Below the pieces are notes generated by a model that saw nothing but the letters and a program-made list of their open reading frames with translations, was not told the DNA's origin and ran no database searches. The translations under genes and the position numbers were made by a program. From Blastocladiella emersonii ATCC 22665 (lineage: Eukaryota; Fungi; Blastocladiomycota), in the NCBI GenBank assembly GCA_025594325.1, contig JANHCV010000010.1, forward strand, positions 1,364,001 to 1,428,000: DNA of 64,000 bases, read 5' to 3'. Shown here one piece after another: positions 59,155-64,000 of the stretch (positions within the stretch are counted from its first letter, which is position 1; each line of letters begins with the position of its first letter).

Positions 59155-60472
59155 TCAAAGACGGGTCCCACGAGCGGCCATGACGCGCCTGTACTCGGTC
59201 CAAAGAACATTTGCGACGCGGTTCCGAAGCGAGATACCGCGCTGACGAGCTCCGTCCAGCGAGGCCTCGAGGACAGCGGCCTCGTCGTCCTCCTCGTTCT
59301 CGTCGTCCAGGGGCTCGCGCCCACGTACTGGCGCCTCACGCGCCGCGTCCCGCGCGCGCCGGAGCTCCGTCTCGGCGTCGCGAAAGAAGGCGTCGCCGCC
59401 TTGGTTCCACTTGTTGATCATGTTGTGCAGCGTGCAGAGCGCGTACACAAGCTTGACTTGAGTCTTGATTGGGTAGGCCGCGCCAATCGAGAGGACGCGG
59501 AACCGCTTCTTGAGCACGCCAAAGATATGCTCAATGGAGTTGCGGAGCGACGCGTGACGCAGATTGAAAAGCTCTTCGCGGTTCTTAACTCTACGTACGT
59601 TGGTGAAGCAGATGAGATGGCGCCAACGTGATGGTCATGGCAGTGAGAACGTACCCATCCTTGCCGCGGGCAAACTCGCGAAGATGATAGCGGGTACCGC
59701 GGAAGGGCACGATGATGGACGTGCGGTTTGCGTAGCCGCCGTTGGCGAGGTAGAAGCGGCCGGCGGGGATCTTGAACCCACGGGCGAAGGCGTCCGAGAG
59801 CACGCGCGAGTCATGCGCCTTGCCCTCCCACCCTGCGAGAACGTAGGTGAAGTTCAAGTCAAAGTCGCAGGCAGCGAGGACATTTGAGTATATGGTCCCC
59901 TTGCGGTTTCGGAACGAGTCGTGAAGCTTAGTGGGCACAACAAACGGGATGTGCGTTCCGTCAAGCGCGCCGACCGCGTTCTGGAACGGAGCGTATTTCG
60001 GGTCGTGGGCGATGCGCTCATGCACGGGCGTAGAATCGGACGGCTGGACAATGAACTCGGGCATCAGGCGGTACAGAGCGTCGAGCACTTGCTTCAGAAC
60101 CCTGGACGCGGTCTCGCCAGAGATTTGGAACCGCTCCCTGAGGTTGCGGTTGGTGCTGCCCTCGCCGGCCATGACAAGAAAAACCATGAAGCGCGCCTCG
60201 ACGGACAGCTCGCGGCCGTCGGCGAGAAGGCCACGGTCGCGGAACAGGCGGCAGATGGCCTTGAAGGTCTCGCGGGGCATACGGGCGATTTCCGAAAAAC
60301 GCGTTTCGCTGTTGCACGTCAGCAGCTCTTGAACCCACGACTCGCCAGAAAGCGTGGACGTGCGGATAGGCTCCCACGAGCGGCGCTCGTTGCGCGCAGC
60401 GAGACGTCGCAGGAGAGCGAGGGCGGCCGTGAGTATGAGGCCGCGCAGCTTGCGGTTGTATCCCTTGCCCAT
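59155..60472 (-). CDS. PIF/Harbinger DDE transposase with one intron; second catalytic Asp changed to Asn
   Basis: RMPRETF, VGALDGTHI, RNRKG..SNVLAACDFDLNFTYVLAGWEG.AHDSRVL, YLANGGY (canonical YLxDxGY), FNLRHASLRNSIEHIFGVLKKRF, CTLHN; intron 59591-59654. Confidence 0.9.
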
Positions 60473-60679
60473 GTTGTTTGAGGGCTCGAGAACACGATGC
60501 GTGAGGTTAGGTGTTGATTCGTTGCAATAAGTGCGGCTGCAAAGAGGTGGGAAAGATTTTATTGCGGGGGGGGGGGGGGGAGGGGCGTTCATCCAGCGGG
60601 GCGTTTGGTTCGCACGGCCGCTGAGATGAACGGGGGTGAGGTGAAACGTGGCAACTTTTTCAGCTGATCCACCTGATCT

Positions 60680-60694
60680 GAACCAAACGGGCCC
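60680..60694 (-). repeat. Right terminal inverted repeat of the PIF element
   Basis: GAACCAAACGGGCCC followed by TTA. Confidence 0.95.
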
Positions 60695-60700
60695 TTAACC

Positions 60701-62678
60701 ATGATGACTACAAGTGCTAGCAACGGCGGTCCCCGTGGCACCGCTCCAGTCGCGCGCGGGCCGCGCGGCCGTCGCAGCGCCGCCAAGAAGCCGCGCGGCA
60801 AGAAGCAGACCTCGTCGGGCGCGAGCGAGGCGACGGCGCCCGCGCAGGGAGAGTCGTCGTCTTCTAGCAGGTGCGCGGTGGAGCAACATCATGGTGGGTC
60901 TGCGGACCGCGTCGACTCACGACGCGCTCGACGACCCAGTATGCACAAGCAGCGCTCCGATGGCGCCAACCACAAGAAAAACGACCCAATCAAGGGCACC
61001 ACTCGGCCGCAGGAGGCCACCTACGAGACGCCCTTCGCCTTCAAGCCCAACCCCGGGTTCGTGCGCGAGATGATGCGCCTGTACCGCAAGAAGACGCCGC
61101 CGCCGCCCAAGCCGAAGCCGAAGCCATCATCTGCACCCGACGACGACGAGTCTAGCAGCTCGACGGATTCCGCGTCCGACTTCCCCGCCGGGTTCTCCAA
61201 CATCCACCTTGACCTCGCCGTCGCGGCCATTGGCGGCGCCAGCAGCCTCAACACGCCCAAGGCCTCGGTCAGCATCGCCATCACCGAGATCAAGATCGCG
61301 CCCGCCAGCACCACGGCGACCAACGAGGGCGGCGACGACGACTCGCCTGGCCCCAAGCGCCGCGCCATCGTGTTCATGATGTGGTGCCACGCGACGCGGC
61401 TCGCGCACCCGCTTTGTTTCTTCACGTACAACTCGATCGACCCGCAGTCCATGGCCGGCCGCATCAACAAGGTGTTCGCCGAGCTCGAGGACAAGGGGTT
61501 CGAGGTGCTGTCGTGGTCCTCGGACTGGTACGCGCTCAACTGCGCCATACCGCTCGCACACCGCTAACGTCGATCCCCTCTGTAGTTCTGACGCGTACCA
61601 CAAGATTGCCGAGCTCGTGTCCGCGGCCAACTCCTCCATCAGCTGGCTCCCCGACCCGCTCTCCGTCACAAAGCGCCTGTGCGACGCCCTCTCCGACCGC
61701 GACCTTGCGCTCCAGGTGCGCGAGGGTATCCCCATCGACCTCGACTGCGTCTCCAACATTGCCGCGTTCATCAAGGGCGAGCCGTGCCTCACCAAGCATT
61801 TCAACGTGTGCGACGGGTCAACCGCCCACGGCTTCATCTCCTCCAAGACCGACTTTGTTGCACGCATCGAAGTGGCTATCCAGAGCGTAAACTCGCACAC
61901 GACGTGCCAGATGCGCACGGTGCTCATCGACGCCATCCTCGCGATTGGGACCGACCCCGCGCTTGACGCGCCGACGCGAACGCGCCTGCGCGACGCGGTG
62001 GACCCGGTCAAGGCGACGCTCACCTACATGCTGGCCGTGCGCGGGTACTGGGAGAGGTTTGTCGGCTGCCGCGACCGCATCGCCAACCTCAACCACTCGG
62101 TGATGACCGAGCTCGAGCAGATCGCGAACTATTTCATCGAGTGGGAGAAGATGGTCGACGACCGCGTCGCGCAGGCCGACGGGACCGCGGCCGCGCGCGC
62201 CGCTCTCAAGGCCAAGTTCTTCATCCCCGCGACCACGTACACGGTGCTGGTCGAGTCGATCGCCTCGTTCAAGTCGGTCGCGCGCCGGCTGCTCCAGACC
62301 GGTGTCTCGCCCGTGGTCCCGGTTGAGGTTTGCGACACGTTCATGAACCAGTTCCTCAAGGACTTGCACGCTGCCACCGCGCCTGCGCCCGTGCCGCAGA
62401 TCAAGCACATCCAGGACACGGCCGTCAAGATGCACCGGTTCAACGCGGCGCTGCTGCGCGACGCGGCCAAGAAGAACAGCGTGCCCAAGCACTACGACGG
62501 ACCGGCCCCGCTCCAGTTCCTTGTCGCGGCGAGCACGCCCGCCGAGCTCTGGTTCGGGCGCAAGTACGAGAACGACTCGGACGGCGGCGGGACTCGCGGC
62601 AAGCAGGGCGGGTCCAGCTCGAACCAGGAGGACGTGCGGCGTGTCTTTGGTACCGCCCGCAGTAACCTCCTCAGCTAG
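60701..62678 (+). CDS. D2: tandem paralog of D1, derived from a P-element transposase
   Basis: Same basic N-terminus RGPRGRRS.AKKPR; SIAITEIKI, AIVFMMW..HPLCFF, ELEDKGFEVLSWSSD, PDPLSVTKRLCD, VCDTFMNQFL; introns 60871-60939 (in-frame, uncertain) and 61528-61585 (same position as in D1). Confidence 0.8.
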
Positions 62679-62804
62679 GAGGGTAAAAACCGACAGCAAC
62701 GAAGAGTAATGTCATTCACGACCAATTTGCACAATATCACCTCCTTCTTGTTCATCGACTACGATCCTCGAGCGCTGTGGCGACCCCCGAAACGCGTCTA
62801 GTAC

Positions 62805-64000
62805 CTAGTACGGTTGGAAGATGGCCGGCTCTCGGTCCAAGTACTCGCTGAACAGCTCGCGCAGGGCCTCGCTGGGGCCATCGCGCAAGTAGCCGATCTT
62901 GAGTGCACCTTTACGTTTGAGCCCAAGCGCGAACAAAATCATGTACCCGGCCTCGGTGAAGTAATTGCCTGCCACGTGGAGCTTCTCGACCGAATCGGAC
63001 AAGTTGTTGGCAATCTTGATGGCCGAGATGTCCGTCAGCTGGCAGGACGCAAGATTGATTTCCAAGAGCGAGAGCGGAGCGTGTTGCATAATTGTCGCGA
63101 CGCCAACGTCATTGATACCGCACCCGGCGAGGGAGAGGACTTGAAGACGCGGTCCAAGTAGACGCGGAAGCAGCGACCGCGCGTTACAACTCAAGCGAAG
63201 CGGGAATCCGTCAAGGTACAGCGACTCGAGGGCCGGGAAAAAGTGCTCGCCACTCGGCGGCGCGTCTCCGATGATGTCCCAGATGCTTGGGTCAAACTCT
63301 GGCTCGCCTCGAACAGGATCGCTCTGCCGGAACTCGAGGATTTTGAGCGAAGGCCGCTGGCGGCTCGCGAGGGCCGCGATCGCATACACGTTTACATCCA
63401 AGTTGTTGAGGGAAAGCTCCTCGAGCGAGTCCGGAAGTTGAGCAAAAAGGGCCTCCAGGCCGGCCCGCATATCAAGGGTTGGAATATCGTTGAGAAGCAA
63501 TCGTTTAAGCTGCACAGGAAATGATCGGGCGAGTACCCTCACTGCCATCCCTGCAATACGGTTAGAGCTGAGATTCAGCTCCTCAAGTCCCGCGGGCAAG
63601 CAAGCTGCAATGATACCGGTTGTATCGCCATCCATGTTGCATTCTGTCAGGTCAAGTGCCCTGAGGCTGGCGGGCAGCCCGTTTCCGAGGTACATGGCGC
63701 TTGTCCAGTCGAGTGCACAATGTAGGAGTTTGAGCTTGACCAGGGACTGAGGAAGACGCTGCAGGTTGCGCGCAAAATGCGGATGAGTTAGGTCTTCGCC
63801 AAAGATCTCGAGGGACTGGATGGTGCTGGGCAGCGTCAGCGTTGGTTCGGGCGCGCATCGAGACGTGATGCGATTTGAACGAAGGCGCAGCTTGACGAGA
63901 GAAGGCGGAAGCTCGAGGGCACACAAGCGCGGGAAGTCAAGATCGACCATGTCCAGGGTCAAGCGAGTGATGGGATGGCCGGGAATCGCGAGAGCGCGAT
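62805..64000 (-). CDS. L6: LRR family protein, 5' end outside the window
   Basis: VDLDFPRLCALELPPSLVKL..HFARNLQRLPQSL..RLLGPRLQVL, collinear with L1-L4. Confidence 0.85.
   Translation of the reverse strand, partial: RALAIPGHPITRLTLDMVDLDFPRLCALELPPSLVKLRLRSNRITSRCAPEPTLTLPSTIQSLEIFGEDLTHPHFARNLQRLPQSLVKLKLLHCALDWTSAMYLGNGLPASLRALDLTECNMDGDTTGIIAACLPAGLEELNLSSNRIAGMAVRVLARSFPVQLKRLLLNDIPTLDMRAGLEALFAQLPDSLEELSLNNLDVNVYAIAALASRQRPSLKILEFRQSDPVRGEPEFDPSIWDIIGDAPPSGEHFFPALESLYLDGFPLRLSCNARSLLPRLLGPRLQVLSLAGCGINDVGVATIMQHAPLSLLEINLASCQLTDISAIKIANNLSDSVEKLHVAGNYFTEAGYMILFALGLKRKGALKIGYLRDGPSEALRELFSEYLDREPAIFQPY

Larger units (their letters stand above)
58243..60694. mobile_element. PIF/Harbinger DNA transposon (2452 bp), defective
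   Basis: 15-bp perfect TIR GGGCCCGTTTGGTTC (58243-58257 and 60680-60694) plus an inverted TCAGGTGGATCA block; TTA target duplication (58240-58242, 60695-60697); DDE_Tnp_4-type transposase and a second ORF remnant inside. Confidence 0.95.

Noticed and set aside
60700-60707. CATGATGA, identical to the start of the Drosophila P-element TIR, at the D2 start
   Set aside because: It is just the tandem ATG ATG of D2; no inverted partner or 8-bp TSD was found
55985-62678. D1/D2 acting as a RAG-like recombinase diversifying the adjacent LRR array
   Set aside because: Two of three catalytic residues are lost and no recombination-signal-like repeats flank the LRR units; proximity alone is not evidence
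1-64000. CRISPR arrays, rRNA, tRNA, prophage or giant-virus hallmark genes
   Set aside because: None recognised; the ankyrin-like repeats resemble giant-virus proteins only generically, and no viral core gene is present

Overview
GC-rich eukaryotic DNA with short (about 50-80 nt) GTRCGY...CTGAC/CTAAC...YAG introns. Gene content and style suggest a zoosporic fungus, probably Blastocladiomycota (Allomyces-like); this is inference. The window is a mosaic. Conserved core blocks (about 6.3-22 kb and 30.2-41.8 kb) hold a ROCK-like C-terminus (at 1-2.7 kb), M50B peptidase, Vip1-like RRM, JmjC protein, AA11 LPMO, MRP2, RPL38, SEC66, an acid/steryl-ester lipase, BUB3, TFC1, NOC3, a TGL3/4-like patatin head-to-head with DGAT2, and a Cys50 homeobox gene. 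Accessory blocks (about 2.9-6, 22.9-30.1 and 42.7-64 kb) hold ten genes sharing ankyrin-like repeats and, where the 5' end is visible, an F-box-like N-terminus (seven with LRRs, three ankyrin-only), about half disrupted, with a shared bipartite upstream motif. They also hold decayed copies of housekeeping genes (fumarase fragment, FMP52/HTATIP2, PWP1). The most striking feature is a tandem pair of intact, intron-containing, apparently catalytically dead genes derived from a P-element transposase (55985-58041 and 60701-62678). A PIF/Harbinger transposon with both TIRs and a TTA target duplication is inserted 3 nt upstream of the second gene's ATG. All homology calls come from reading motifs by eye; no database search was run. 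No rRNA, tRNA or CRISPR array was seen.
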